Positions 43,501-55,800 of a DNA stretch of 64,000 nucleotides are shown here, in pieces (the stretch's first letter is position 1; every line of letters starts with the position of its first letter). This DNA comes from Nageia nagi. Taxonomy: Eukaryota; Plantae; Pinophyta. A program made the translations under genes and the position numbers. Below the pieces are notes generated by a model, which saw only the letters and a program-made list of their open reading frames with translations, had not been told where the DNA came from and searched no databases. Where the stretch lies: assembly GCA_050084985.1 (NCBI GenBank), contig JBITNC010000001.1, positions 15,438,001-15,502,000 of the forward strand, read 5' to 3'.

Positions 43501-44537
43501 CTCCGGCAATTTCAACTGAAGGCGGGTCAAAGCCTTGTTTCTTGTCATATATTTGGCTGCATTTCCTTCCTTCTTCTTGCCCTTCATTCATTTCAGAGAA
43601 ACCAAACCCAGCACCATCAGATTACATATGAAGTATATATAAGATCCAATTAAGTATGACCTTTGACAAATGTTTAATGCCCAAGTTGGCAAAGGAATTC
43701 AAATAATTATACATAAGAGGTACCTTGTGGTTATTCAATTCAGTAAAGGCTTGGTATAATACAAGCTTTGACCAAAGGGTCAAGTCATTCATATCAATCT
43801 ACAGTGATTAGCATGAGATAAAAAGTAAAAATTTCCATTCTCACATGAGGGTCTCGTAAGCCGCCTTAAACTATGACCCAAAGAATGACCTTCTAACTTT
43901 ACGTTTGACTAAGCAAATTTGAATATTATCTATTGGGATTCCTCTTAGTAAACTCGGACCAGGAAAGAAGCTCAACAAGCCTCTTAATGGGAAGATCTTG
44001 TACCACAAAAGATAGGTGAACAATAATTACTTATTTAAAGATTTTTAAAAATAAAAAACTTGACAAAAACTTGCCCTTCGTAAAGTTCTCATCTGACTTA
44101 AAGAGTTTGAGAACTTTTGAACTCATCTACCAACTAGATATGCTAGACAGACAGAGACTTGAAATCTTCCCTTTAACTGAAAATAATCAACTCTTAAGAC
44201 CAGTTTCCACTTAGTGTGAAGCTCAACCATTGGACACTATTCTTTGAATGTAATACAGATCATACTAGCAAAACAAGGACTGTGTCCCTGCCAAGTTTTT
44301 CCCAGTCCAGATTTCCCCAATGTAATGTTTCCAATTCGATTCCGTTCTTTACTGTTCCTTACACAAGATACAATTATTTATCTGACCATCTTGCCCTTTC
44401 TACACAATACATTGTTAAGCAAGCTAATACAACCTAAATCCGGCTAAAATTAATCCATATTTTCGCTACAGCTACAGTTATGAGCAAGCAATTGTTTCGG
44501 GAGAAGGGAATACCGCGGGGCGGAAGTGCTTTGGCAT
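16440..44537 (-). CDS. PES: Pescadillo homolog (PES1/Nop7 family, BRCT domain), 14 coding exons, 619 aa
   Basis: Joined exons: 44514-44537, 43496-43581, 43279-43407, 35543-35662, 35327-35452, 32491-32575, 32260-32370, 31893-31986, 31375-31703, 23827-23934, 23517-23638, 22368-22587, 21945-22175, 16440-16514 = 1860 nt, GT-AG junctions, consistent phases. Motifs [74 protein letters not shown] match plant pescadillo as I recall it. Confidence 0.96.
17562..19018 (+). mobile_element. Non-autonomous short-LTR (TRIM-like) retroelement in PES intron 13
   Basis: LTR1 17562-17664 (tgata...tatca), degenerate PBS at 17667, PPT gagaggaa before LTR2 18816-18968, second PBS 18971-18982, repeated LTR end 19000-19018; flanks atcat/ctcat (4 of 5 TSD match). 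Confidence 0.8.
20860..21200 (+). mobile_element. Probable Ty1/copia solo LTR in PES intron 13
   Basis: tgttag...ttaaca ends, tataaaaaggg box, copia-type U5 motif cccatggttttacc...gagtttcctcgtaaatcttgtgt; no clear TSD. Confidence 0.5.
21945..22175 (-). CDS. PES: PES exon 13
   Basis: cag|[15 protein letters not shown]...[14 protein letters not shown]|gtatt. Confidence 0.93.
22368..22587 (-). CDS. PES: PES exon 12
   Basis: cag|[31 protein letters not shown]...EAEKQRE|gtatg. Confidence 0.95.
23517..23638 (-). CDS. PES: PES exon 11 (BRCT)
   Basis: cag|[40 protein letters not shown](R)|gtaga. Confidence 0.95.
23827..23934 (-). CDS. PES: PES exon 10 (BRCT)
   Basis: cag|[36 protein letters not shown]|gtatt. 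Confidence 0.95.
24228..27717 (+). mobile_element. Gag-only Ty3/gypsy (Reina/chromovirus-like) element in PES intron 9
   Basis: LTRs 24228-25021 and 26925-27717, 14-bp TIR tgtaacattccaaa/tttggaatgttaca, perfect TSD AAATC, PBS at 25024, Gag (PMYDGEE...[11 protein letters not shown]; [20 protein letters not shown]), PPT gaggagtggaga; no pol. Confidence 0.92.
28100..29960 (-). mobile_element. 5'-truncated non-LTR retrotransposon (RTE-like LINE) in PES intron 9
   Basis: [17 protein letters not shown]...[28 protein letters not shown]-terminal SHQLRIE...[17 protein letters not shown]; boundaries approximate. Confidence 0.8.
31375..31703 (-). CDS. PES: PES exon 9 (acidic linker, start of BRCT)
   Basis: cag|(E)LYAMVKG...[13 protein letters not shown]...[15 protein letters not shown]|gtatg. 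Confidence 0.94.
31893..31986 (-). CDS. PES: PES exon 8
   Basis: cag|[31 protein letters not shown]|gttgg. Confidence 0.95.
32260..32370 (-). CDS. PES: PES exon 7
   Basis: cag|[37 protein letters not shown]|gttac. Confidence 0.95.
32491..32575 (-). CDS. PES: PES exon 6
   Basis: cag|[28 protein letters not shown]|gtcag. Confidence 0.95.
35327..35452 (-). CDS. PES: PES exon 5
   Basis: cag|[41 protein letters not shown](R)|gtttg. Confidence 0.95.
35543..35662 (-). CDS. PES: PES exon 4
   Basis: cag|[39 protein letters not shown](R)|gtatt. Confidence 0.95.
36340..37600 (+). mobile_element. Degenerate L1-clade LINE ORF2 3' fragment in PES intron 3
   Basis: Post-RT motif [23 protein letters not shown] at about 36540-36610; possible zf-RVT remnant near 37200-37280; A-rich sense strand. 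Confidence 0.6.
37729..38571. mobile_element. MITE-like non-autonomous DNA transposon with AT-rich core in PES intron 3
   Basis: Imperfect TIR (ccgggggaatggcaagg versus ccttgccagcaaccatgg), flanks atccccaa/atccacaa (7 of 8), very AT-rich interior 37870-38470. Confidence 0.55.
39603..41809 (-). pseudogene. Disrupted ORF: copia Gag N-terminus fused to an unknown acidic, Cys-rich region
   Basis: ATG 41809; Gag-like segment runs (one frameshift, two stops) into ORF 41402-40755; ORFs 40548-40108 and 39872-39603 have similar composition. Confidence 0.6.
40591..40654. repeat. Perfect 32-bp tandem duplication
   Basis: ctttactattttcttcttcactccaaacaaac x2. Confidence 0.9.
43279..43407 (-). CDS. PES: PES exon 3
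   Basis: cag|[42 protein letters not shown](R)|gttag. Confidence 0.95.
43496..43581 (-). CDS. PES: PES exon 2
   Basis: aag|[28 protein letters not shown](R)|gtagg. Confidence 0.92.
44514..44537 (-). CDS. PES: PES exon 1 (MPKHFRPA), start codon
   Basis: aaaATG CCA AAG CAC TTC CGC CCC GCG|gtattc; matches plant PES N-terminus MPKHYRP. Confidence 0.9.
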
Positions 44538-44631
44538 TTTTGCTTTGTCACTTCAACAGCAATGGCGCTATCTGCAGCAATTCTCCGTGTCTGGCTATGT
44601 TTTCCAAATGGTAGATAACATAAAACCTCTA

Positions 44632-44639
44632 AAACCCTA
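44632..44639. promoter_or_regulatory. Telo-box (AAACCCTA) about 95 nt upstream of the PES ATG
   Basis: aaaccctag on + strand; telo-boxes are established 5' elements of plant ribosome-biogenesis and translation genes. Confidence 0.6.
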
Positions 44640-45329
44640 GATCGCACGCACCTTTAATATGTAGACTGTCTGATATTTAGGATGTTAAAAAAAACGTATG
44701 TGTTTTATTGAAAAATTATATATACACATCATCATGCTTTTATTGCGGAGATCCACTTTACTAAAAAAAATTATTATTATTATTTTAATGGAATTTTAAC
44801 TTTGTTTTTTTAAATTGTTCTTGTATTTAGTTGAGTTGGTCATATGTTGATCTTGCTGTCACTTTTGTCTCTTCTTTCATTTTGAATACGAGACATACAT
44901 GCTATGTAATGATCTATTAGAGTTGTCCATCCTATAGATCACTTGATCTTCAGCGAACGTTAATATAATTTACTTTTACTTTTGAAATATTTATATTAAA
45001 AAAATAATATAAATAATTTTTTTTTAAGTAGGGTGGGAGAGGTTATGCTTTCAATAGCAATAAAATTAATCATAGCTTATAAAATGATCAATTTAGCTTA
45101 TCAGTATAGGTGACATTCAAAAAGCTATAAATTATTATGATATGATATGAGATTTCTTTTATCATTCTTCTAAACCCAAATGTTTGTAGGGTCTATCAAA
45201 ATTTGTTTAGATTAAAAATATATATATTGAAATTAAATATTTGAACAATAGTTTCTTAAATAATTACGTTGTATAATAAAATTATCAAGCTTATTTTGAT
45301 TATCTTAGTTCAAGAATTTGTAGATTGAG

Positions 45330-46980
45330 TTGTAATAACAAACACCTTCATAGTTTTCTCTTATGTCTTTATAGAGTGGGTAAAAAAAGAGAAAATGAGT
45401 CTCATCTTCTATGGCATTTAGGTTACAAAATTACAAATTATTCTATCCAAAGATGTTTTTATTACTATCCATCTATGAGTTTTATTATGGAGTTCATGTG
45501 AATTAGTTCTTAGTTTTGGAAACACAAGTTTCTTTTTAAAATTAATAATTGTATATGGATATGAAGGATGTTCAAGTTTAGATTAATGATATTTTTATAG
45601 TAAAAAAGTTTTCTTTCATCTATGATATTGTTATCATTCCAAATACTTTATTTACAAATTGCATTTCTAACTTGTCGCCATCAGAGGAGATTATGTTGTT
45701 GTGCAAGCTTCAAAAATCAATCCCTTTATCAAAATCTTTTAACCAGCCTCTTTTAAGATGTTGATGAGTTGCATAAGTTTGTTGGGCAACTATAGGTAAT
45801 CTAAGGTGATTTAGCTTTAAAAGCTTGTAATCATATGATATATATCATTCCAAGGCCTCACTTTCAATGGGAAGTAACCTAGCTTCTATGAGAAGTATAG
45901 GACATGGTATGCTATTCTTAATTTTGAAATTATAAAGGATAAATTATTTTTGAAATTGCTCAATTTTATTCAAAGTTTATCAGGAAATATTTCCACCCCA
46001 AACTTCACAGTCATAAAGTAAAAATGGAGTTACAAGGAAAGAGAAAGAGATTTCTTTTTATCCCATTTTCAAAGTCTTGCATCCTTCTAAACCATAGAAG
46101 GATTTTCATCTTACAAATATTATTTGTTCAACACTTAAGTTACAATTTAGTTTATGTTTTATGTTGATACCCAAGTATTTGTAAGAATGAACCATCTTTA
46201 AGTGTTAATTATTAAAGAGGATTGTAAGGTGGGCTATATTTTTGGATTTGATGATCATAATTTTGGTTTTATCTACATTAACTATTAATCCAAGTAAATT
46301 GCAAAATGCTTGAAGTATGTTTAAATTTTTAACAAGATCATTGTGAAACCTAGCTAACAAGACAATATCATTTGCATAAAGGAGAAGAAGAATAATGAGG
46401 GTACAAAGGTTGGTGCCTATGCATATAGCTTCTTTCAAAAAAATAATTATAGTTGATCTATGTAAATATCGAATACAATAGGGGAATATGAGAAACCTTG
46501 TTTAAATCCAATATTGCAACTAATTTTCTCATACCATTCTTGATTAGTTTTAAGTTTAGCAATAACTTATTCATAAAGTCTGTAAATAGACAATTTTAGT
46601 TTAGAAGGTGAATCTAAATTAGCCATATGCTTTAACGGTTTATCTCTAGGGATAATATTTTTTTTTTTAAATCTACAAAGCAAGCAAATAAATCTTCTTT
46701 ATCATTTCAATATTTTTCAATAATAACTTAGAAAGTGAAAATGTGATCAATTATTGAATGTTTTCTTCTAAAATATCTATTCTTTAGCTTTTTAATTATT
46801 TTCATCAAGTCAACTACTAATTTTATTTTCTACAATACTAGCATAGAGTTTGATAAGTAGAAGACTTACAATAATAATTCTATAATTTGATAGTTGCATT
46901 TGTCTTTAGTTTTGTAAATAAGAACAATTGAGCTAATAGTCCTTTCCTTATGAAATCCTTCTTTAAGAGAAGCGTTCAAA
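45330..46980 (-). mobile_element. Degenerate RTE-like LINE upstream of PES
   Basis: RT LLLLLYANDIVLLA...GLIVNVDKTKIMI, YKYLGINI; many stops; boundaries approximate. Confidence 0.75.
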
Positions 46981-48641
46981 AGAGTTTAGATATGGGGAGC
47001 GAGGATAGAGCTACCAATCTTTAAAAAATTGCTTGATATCTTTTTATATTGAAAAGGGTTTGAATATGGGGAGTGAGGATTAAAAGCATAAAATGAGTCA
47101 TGTGTGAAGGCAACTGGAGAGGAATAATGGAAGATCGATGCTCCTACAAATCTTACTAGGTGGCATAATGGAGCCCCCTAAATCTATTTACAAAGAAAAG
47201 ATTTGTTGGTTCACACATTGTATACTAGCAATTGAACGATAGAGAATGATTTATTTATGTACTACATGTTAGTCAAAGATATGGCTTTAGGGAAGCCATA
47301 AATATGAGAATGACTCATCTAATGCTTTGGTTTGTATTATTAAACATGTCATGCATCATTTTATATAGCTAAGTAAAGTTGTTTCATTTTGTATTGTGCA
47401 TTGTTTTATATTTTGTATTATGCTTTTCTCTATTAGAGAAGGTTTGTAACAAAATGTTGATCAGTACTAGGAGCTTCCTCAAATATAGGGGGAAACCTTG
47501 GGGTAACAGTGTAGGCTAATACCCAACATCAGATTTTTTTCTCCATGATGTTTGGAGTGGGTAGTTATCTCTTGATGGCAAAAGGGAGGCTCCAATAAAG
47601 ACTATACAAAAGAACAACCCTAAAAGAAGAGAAGAAATGGCAAGAATTGTATGTAAAGTATATTTTATGCCCTTTTTTCAATGCTTCATTTCTTCTTTAG
47701 GATCCTTTTTGCAAAATAACTCTATAGACTTCTAGATTTGAAGTGAGGGAAGGACCCATGAACAACAGAGGGAATAAAGAGTATCAAGATTAATGGAGGG
47801 AGATCCTACTTCATTTTAAAACTAAAGTCAGATGGACCAAATATGGCTCTGTTGGATTATATTCTTTTAGATCTAAAGTGATGGAAGGAACTAATCAACA
47901 ACGAAGGGCATGATGTCGAGCTTAATGGAGGGAAGTCCCATTTTATTATGTTAAGTCGAGAGAAACATGGAAAAATGGACCAATTGGCTATAACTATGAA
48001 CCAAAAAAGAAGACTTAAATTCTAGAATATGATCCATATGATTGGTTTACTCTAAAATATATTATTGGAATATATGCTTCATTTTCCCTATATGCTCAAA
48101 ATTTTAAGAGTATATGTTTCATTCTCATGATGTATTTAGATTCTTAAGAGTTACGTCATTGTCTCTATTATATTTAAAATATATCAACAATAGATAGTGG
48201 ATTCTGCATTATGTATTGTATTGTATTGTAAGATAGTTTTTATAAAAAGGTTCTCATATCCCTTTTAGAACTTTGATTTTTTTTAATGAATATCAAATTT
48301 ACCCAGATTTTATAAAAAAAATCCTTCTATATCTTTAGTCTTTCCATTTGATAATCTTTTATAATAGCATTTAAAGAGGAAATATTATTTTGGTTGTAAG
48401 GAGGTGCTAACTCTTGAAAGATTCTTCTAAATTCAAAGGGGAGTTATACAGGTTTTTGAGATAGCAATTTCAATTATATAAATCAATTTGAGGTCAAATA
48501 TCATTTTTCTATATAGAATTATTTTTAAAAATTATTTTGGATTATGCTTACATATGTTTAGAATATTTTCTTATTATTGATTAAGAAATAATCATTTCTT
48601 ATATTTAACTAAAATTTTATATTATATTATTATATTTAGAG

Positions 48642-49130
48642 TGTTAGCATGGAAATTGATCAATCGTATATGATATTAGTGATAAATCGACTAAAGCAAG
48701 TTATACATATCAGTTTGATGATCGAACCATATCAGTTTGGTAAATAGAACCATATCATTTTGACAACTAAACCATATTGGTTTGAAGTATAAAGAGTTAA
48801 TTTAACTAATCAAGATTAAGCGAAGTCACACCATGATAACTAATTGACATACCTTTTGCAAAGCGATACGAAAAAGATATAAGAAGCAAATCAAAGAGTT
48901 AATGACAAGCATCAATAAAAAACCATTAGTTAATCAATCAAACATCACATATCCATTGATTTATCACTACTAGGCATCGATATATTGTATAAGTGTTTAT
49001 CGGTACATCATAGGCATGTCAATTGGTGAGAGAGAGGGGGTGAGAGCCAAGAGAGTTAGAGAGATATAAATATAACATAATGGTCGAATAGTAAATGTAA
49101 TTTATTATACTCCATATTTATATATTAATA
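48642..49130 (+). mobile_element. Possible copia LTR fragment with about 22-bp tandem repeats
   Basis: Starts tgttagcatgg; about four copies of accatatcagtttg-like unit at 48705-48785; no partner LTR or TSD. Confidence 0.3.
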
Positions 49131-49889
49131 AAAATTGAAAACCTTTTTTACGATGCAATTTTTATCTCTTTTTATTTTTATTTTTCCATTCTATTTGTTC
49201 ATCAACTCTCAGTTGTAGATAAGAATCCACCCGATCAATCCATCAGTCAACAATTCCATTATCGAAACATCTACAAATTAGAGAGTTAGATGATTAGATG
49301 GAATGTTGATTGAAAAAAAAGAGGAATCAAAAGACATTTGGATGTAGTTTTATGGAAGTTGAAAAAATGGAGAAATGGTCAATTTCATGAAAAAGATGGA
49401 TTACAAAAGATGTCCGTAGAAAAACCAATTGATAAGATTAAAAAAAAAAAAACTAAGAAAGAGACTTTCTATGCTAAAAGTAAGTGATGGAATAAGTATG
49501 AAGAAATCGTCAAGTGAGATGAGAATAATACATTATATTTCAAGTACAACACTCTAAGGTGGTTGGGAATAAGGTAAAAATATTTGTTGAAGTCTAGTTT
49601 CCATAATCCCATGTAGAGGAACTCTATAGTGTTTGAATTTGTAATGTAATATTGTGTAATATTTCTCTTTAATGTAAATTCACTTAATGCTTAAGGTATC
49701 TTTAAATACCTTAAAGCATTAAGGGAATCAATATATAAAGGAGAATAAATATACAAAATATCTTTAACCTTACCCGTGGGTTAAAAGAAGATTAAAAAGA
49801 GGGTTTCTTCTTATAAATAGAGAGGTACCCCACTTCCCATTATAATACAATTATTAAAAAAGCTTTGCTCTAGGTTTAGGGTTTAGAGA

Positions 49890-52800
49890 TGAAGGAATTA
49901 ACACTAACAAGATAATTCTTAAACAACTAAGATCTCTTGAAAGCTCACAATACACATCTAACAATGTCACAAATAAGACAATCTCATAAAATAACTCAAG
50001 ATGTAAAGTGGTTCCTCCAACTAGGAGTACATCCACTAACTAGATCTTTACTTCAATCACAAATACAACTCTCTTACAATCCTCCTAATATCAACTCCTA
50101 CACTTCTATCCTATAGCATAACTTTACTTTACAATTGATGTGTGATTACAAAGAGGGAGCCTTCTATTTTTAGGTCAAAATCTCTCTTTGGATCACCCTT
50201 TTATCTAATGTACAAAAGCATGATATGCACATCCTTTTACCCAAGGGGCATGCTCATGACATGGAGTGTAGGATAAGTTACATTATCATATTCATTAAAA
50301 TACTTAAGGTATCAAATGATACCCTTAAGTATTAGTGAATTTACATAAAATATTTAATACAACCTTTACAATAATACATTATACATTTCAACACTCCCTC
50401 TTAATGTAATATTGGGATAGAGTGAGTAAGAGAAAAGAATAAAAAGTAAGAGAGTTCTCCTCCAAATAGATACAACAGAGATGAGAACTTTACATATATT
50501 TATAAAATAAGAAAGATCTAGTTTGAGACTCACTACTTTGCCAAATACAATCATTAACTACAATCGGTTTCAATGTACATGAAGTAGTCATCCAACTGGA
50601 AGTCATGAAGAGTTTCTAAGAGCTTGCATACTTGAGGTAAGTAACTTGCAATCTCAGAGGAACCTGCAAGTCATCAATAGCTCAAATAATAAGATTAGTT
50701 AGATGCATCATATTCATATCAAGGATAGACGAATCACATAAATGCCATCATGAACTGATCAATGGTGCACTATAAGTCATCACGAAGATGCCATACTAAA
50801 AACTTACAGTCACCTACTATATATAAAACATGTGTTGATTATTATTACAAAATAGAGCATGCACATATGAATTCCTCACATGTGGATAATTGTACAGTAC
50901 TAAAATACACATAAGAGTTCTTCACACATGGATAACTGAATAATGTTAAATCATGCACATAAGAGTTCCTCACACATGGATAATTGAATAGTGCCTAACA
51001 ACACATAAAAGTTCTTCACATATGGATAACTGAATAGTGTTGGATTGGCCAAAAAATAGAGTATGCACATACAATTTCCTCACATATGCATAACTAAACA
51101 GTGCCAATAGACACATAAGAGTTCCTCACATATGGATAATTGAATAGTGCTAGATTGATAAAAAATAGAACATGCACATATGAGTTCCTCACACATGGAT
51201 AATTGAATAGTGCCAAAAGACACATAAGATTTCTTCACATATGGATAACTGAAAAGTGCTATATTGGCCAGTTTGTACAACATGTTCCTCATGCAAAGTG
51301 AACTTACCATGAAGGTGTACAACAAAATCAACATTATATAGCATAAAATCCTCCTATGGGTGAAGTTGTCATCACAATCATGAATTCAACACAAGAATTC
51401 AAACTTCACTCCCCATTGAGGGCAACTTCACCACCCCGATATCATCTCTAAGCTTACAAAATTAAGCTTTTAGGAGGGGCTTAATGAAAAAATCAACGGA
51501 GTTCAAGGTGGATGGATAATACTCCAAGTGTATGATGCTATCAAAAACCTTCTTTCTATTAAAACAAGCATGGATTTCCATATGTTTTGTTCTTTTATGG
51601 AACACAAGATTCTTGGCCAAAGAAGTAGGCAACTGGTTGTCTGATGAGATCAAGGATGAGCCACCTTGCTCATACCTAATTTCTTTCAAAAGATGCCTTA
51701 GCCAAATGGCTTCCTAGGCTACAATAAACATGGCATAGTATTCAAGTTCTATGGTGGAAAGAGAATTAGTAGGCTACTTCTTGGAAGCCCAAGAGATAGC
51801 ACTTGAACTAATGCTAAACACATACATAAAGGTTAACTTCTTATCATCTCTATCTCCCCCGTAGTTAGAATCTAAGAATCCAAAGAGAACAAATGAGAGC
51901 AACTTGAAATATTTGAGAGCAAGATCCTTAGTCCTTGCAACATATCTCAAAAATTGCTTAACAGCATTAAGATGCTCAACATAAGGTTTTTGCATGAATC
52001 ATACCATCAAATTCACTGCAAAGGTAATATCTAGCTTGGATATAGTCAAATACAAAAGACTACCAATTAATTACCTATAAGCTGTAGCATCAACTAAGTG
52101 TTGGAGCTTAGAGAAATAGTGATTCTAGGAGAAATTAGGATTGTAGCATATATACACTCCTCCATTCCAAAATTTTACAAGATATTTGAGATATACTTAG
52201 ATTGATTGAGATAAGTACAATTCTTGTATTAATACACTTGCATTCCAAGATAGCAGTGCAAGAGATCAAGATCAATCATTTCAAATGTTGCCTTAAGTTT
52301 GGATATGCATTGTTGAATGATCATCATTATTCTTAGTAATCAAAAGATCATCCACATAAAGGAGAATTAAGACCACATATTTTCTTTGATTGAGCACATA
52401 TAGATTGGAGTTAGAAAAATACTTGAAAAATTCAATGTTTGCAAAGTACCCTAAAATATTTATGTACCAAGCTTTAGGTGCTTGCTTAAGTCCATACAAA
52501 GACTTCTTTAGCTTGCACACAAAGAACTCTTTACCTTCCACAATAAACCCTTCTGGTTGGTTCATGAAGATTTTTACATCTAAGTCACCATTGAGAAATG
52601 CACTCTTGATGTCAAGTTGAAAAACTTTCCATCCTTAAGCTACAAAAAGAGTAAGACTATCTCTCACAGTAGACATCTTTGCCACAAGAGCAAAGGTTTC
52701 CTCATAATCTACTATATGTTTAAGCAAAACTTTTAACTACTAACTTTGCCTTATATTTCTCAATATCTTCAACTAAATTGAACTTGATCTTGTAGATCCA

Positions 52801-55800
52801 CTTATTGCCAATCATATTATTTTCATTGGGATAAGGAACTAAGTCCCAAGTTTTATTTTTAATAAGTGCCTTATACTTCACTTTTATGGCTTCTATCCAA
52901 CACTCTTACTTAGAAGCTTCTTTGAAGGTTGAGGGCTCATGCTTGTTGTTATTTTTGGCAATTAAAGATTTGTTCAAGGTCATGCTCCTTGTTACCTTTT
53001 ATTTTGGAGAAGTTTGTTCCTGAGGTGACTTATCTACATCAATATCCAACTAGCTAGGAGCAACTGAAGAGTCCTTTGGATCATCAACATCCTCATGAGA
53101 AATAGATTCTTCAAGAAGTTCATTGAACTTAACATCCCTTGAAATGAACACTGCTTTATAGGTTGAAGAGTAAAGCCTATAGCCTCTATGCTGATTATCA
53201 TAACCCATAAAGATGCATTTTTAGCTCTTTTTTCCAACTTATTTATTTTCTCAAAAATAATGTAGAAGAATGCTTTACAACCAAATGCCCTAAGGTGTGA
53301 AATGTTAGATTTTTTTCATGACCATGCCTCAAAAGGAGTTTTACTCTGAACGGTTTTTGTGGGACACCTATTCAAGGTGTAAATAGCAATGCTCACATCT
53401 TCCCATGAGAATTTATGAAGATTACCCAACATGCATCTAGCCATCTCCATAATTGTTTTATTTTTCCTTTCGGTAACACCATTCTACTAAGGAGTGTATG
53501 GAATTGTAAACTACCTCTTAATTTCATACTTAGCACAATAGTCATTGAACTTATTATTGTTATATTCTCTTCCATTATTTGATCTCAACATTTTGATTTT
53601 AAGGTTAGTTTGATTCTTAACAAAGGCCTAAAAAATCTTAAAACTCTCAAAAGTTTGATCCTCGTGCTCAAGTAGATACCCAAAGGTCATCCTACTTAAG
53701 TCATCAATGAAGGTCAAGACGTAAAATCCTCCTCCAAGTGCCTTAGTTTAAAATGGACCCATCAAATTTGATGCACAAGTTGAAGAAGTTGAGATGCTCT
53801 TGTTGATTTATATTTTTTAAACTTTTATCTATACATATTACCAAGAATGCACTTCTTGCATAGACCAATCGAAGAAGAAATTGAAGGCAAACCTTCCACA
53901 AGTTCTCGATCTTTCATGACTTGAATACTTTTATGGTTAAGGTGCCCTAAATGATGGTGCCAAAGATTGCCTTTGGAATACACACAAGAAGTAAGACACA
54001 TCTTTGATGGAATTTGATCCATAATGTAGAGGTTATCTTTCACAGATCCTTTAACCAAAGTGGTGAGTTCTTTCTTAATGCACCAGGGTTGAGATTCGAA
54101 CTTAAAAATGAGTACCCTTTTTTTTTAGTAACTTGGATCTTAGAAATAAGGTTTATTCTAAGCTTAGGAACAAAAAGAACATTATCAATAACCTTCTCAT
54201 GAATCAACACACTTCTAATTCCTTAAACTTCAAGGGTAGAGATATCACCTATCACAACCGCATCTTATACTTGTGAAAGTTCTCAAAATTTTCTTTTCAA
54301 AGCATAAGTGATTAGTGCAACCAAAATCATCAATCTAATTAGATGGAAAAGAGTGAATCATATATAAGAGTTTCCTCATGCTTCAATAGGTACCTAAAAA
54401 GGTTCTTAAGGGAGAAGACTTCTTCTTCATCATCAAGCCTTATTTTCATAACCGTTATAAAGTTTCTAAACTTTGAAGAATGATGAAGACCATGAATTCA
54501 TCATTGATCCAATTGCACCCATAAGCATCGAGTTTTAAGGTCAATGAGTTTGTTCAAGTAGATAGCCACATTTTTATCTTCCTCTTAATAAGATTGAAGT
54601 AACCTTCTTAAAAAGTTTGAACCAAGGTAGATTTGCTTAAACTTATCCTATGCTTCTTTTGCTGAGGTCAAAATTATCAAGAGCACATCATCTAAAACTA
54701 CATGGTAAATCATGAAGGTTGCCAACTCAACTCATTCTTTATGTTGTAAGCCTCTAGTGCCTTCTCTGTAGGAGGTACAAAGTTCTCATTCATTATTTGC
54801 CATAGCTTCTTTGCTTGTAATTTAGCTCTTATCTAAGGTTTCTAAATTCCATAGTTGGAACCATCAAGTATGTGTTTGGATAAGAAAGATTCTTCCATTT
54901 GCTACACAAGAATGTGAAATAATAAGCATGTGTTTTCAATAAATAAAATGTTAAGTTTTGACCAAGTAAATCATACATGTTACATTTAACACTAAATACA
55001 TGCTTGATTTGATTCACAAGTGCATTATTCACATAGCTTTAAAAATTTAAGTAAGTATGCATCATTCCAAGTTAAGTAAGAAGCATGCACTATTAATTTA
55101 AGGATTAAGTAGGAAGCATGCATCATTTTCAAGTCCATATTTGCATAAGGATTTTAGAAAGACCATAATTTGCACAAGTCCATTAACTTTGCATAAGAAA
55201 GTACTTAGCATGCATCAATCCCATAACATTAAAAAAAAATTAAGTATGCATAAGCATACATCATTTCCTTTTTATTTGTATAAGTTTATATTAAAAAAGA
55301 TAAATACTTGATTATGAATGCTTTAGAAAGATAAAAAAAATAGTCATGCATCTAAGAAATTTTAATATTTAATAGGTATGCATTCTCAACAACAATAAAA
55401 AATTCCCCCTTATTTACTTAAAATTATGATCCTTTTTTCTTTTTCTTTCTTTTTAATTATATAATATATATAATATTATTATATATATAATAATATAATA
55501 TATATAATATTATATATTAAGGCTAAAATACTTTCAAAGTACTAAAAAATAACCTTGGTATACTAAAGTGTTAAAAATAAATTCTCTCTCTAACACTTTA
55601 AACACTTAGTAGAAATCTTTTAGAAAGTAGTAAAGTACTATGTTAATCAAAGTAATTATTTATTTTAAGTTTTAAAAATGCCAAAAAATTTAAAGGACTA
55701 GTAATTAAAAATTTTACTCAACCATTAATGCATATTTGGCCTTTTATGCACTCCAAGTCAGATTTCATGATGGGTAAGGTAGAGTTCACTTCACGTAAAT

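Noticed and set aside
44503-44513. U12-type intron 1 (GTATTCCCTT donor, AAG acceptor)
   Set aside because: Does not match RTATCCTT and there is no TCCTTAAC-type branch point near the acceptor.
44450-44647. 65-aa ORF overlapping the PES start
   Set aside because: No similarity to PES; the conserved start MPKHFRPA is in another frame.
47080-48350. Possible further LTR-element remnant
   Set aside because: No recognisable LTR pair, PBS or protein motif.
50852-51270. CRISPR-like repeat/spacer array
   Set aside because: Eukaryotic retrotransposon 3' UTR; linkers are short and themselves recur; repeats degenerate; no cas genes.
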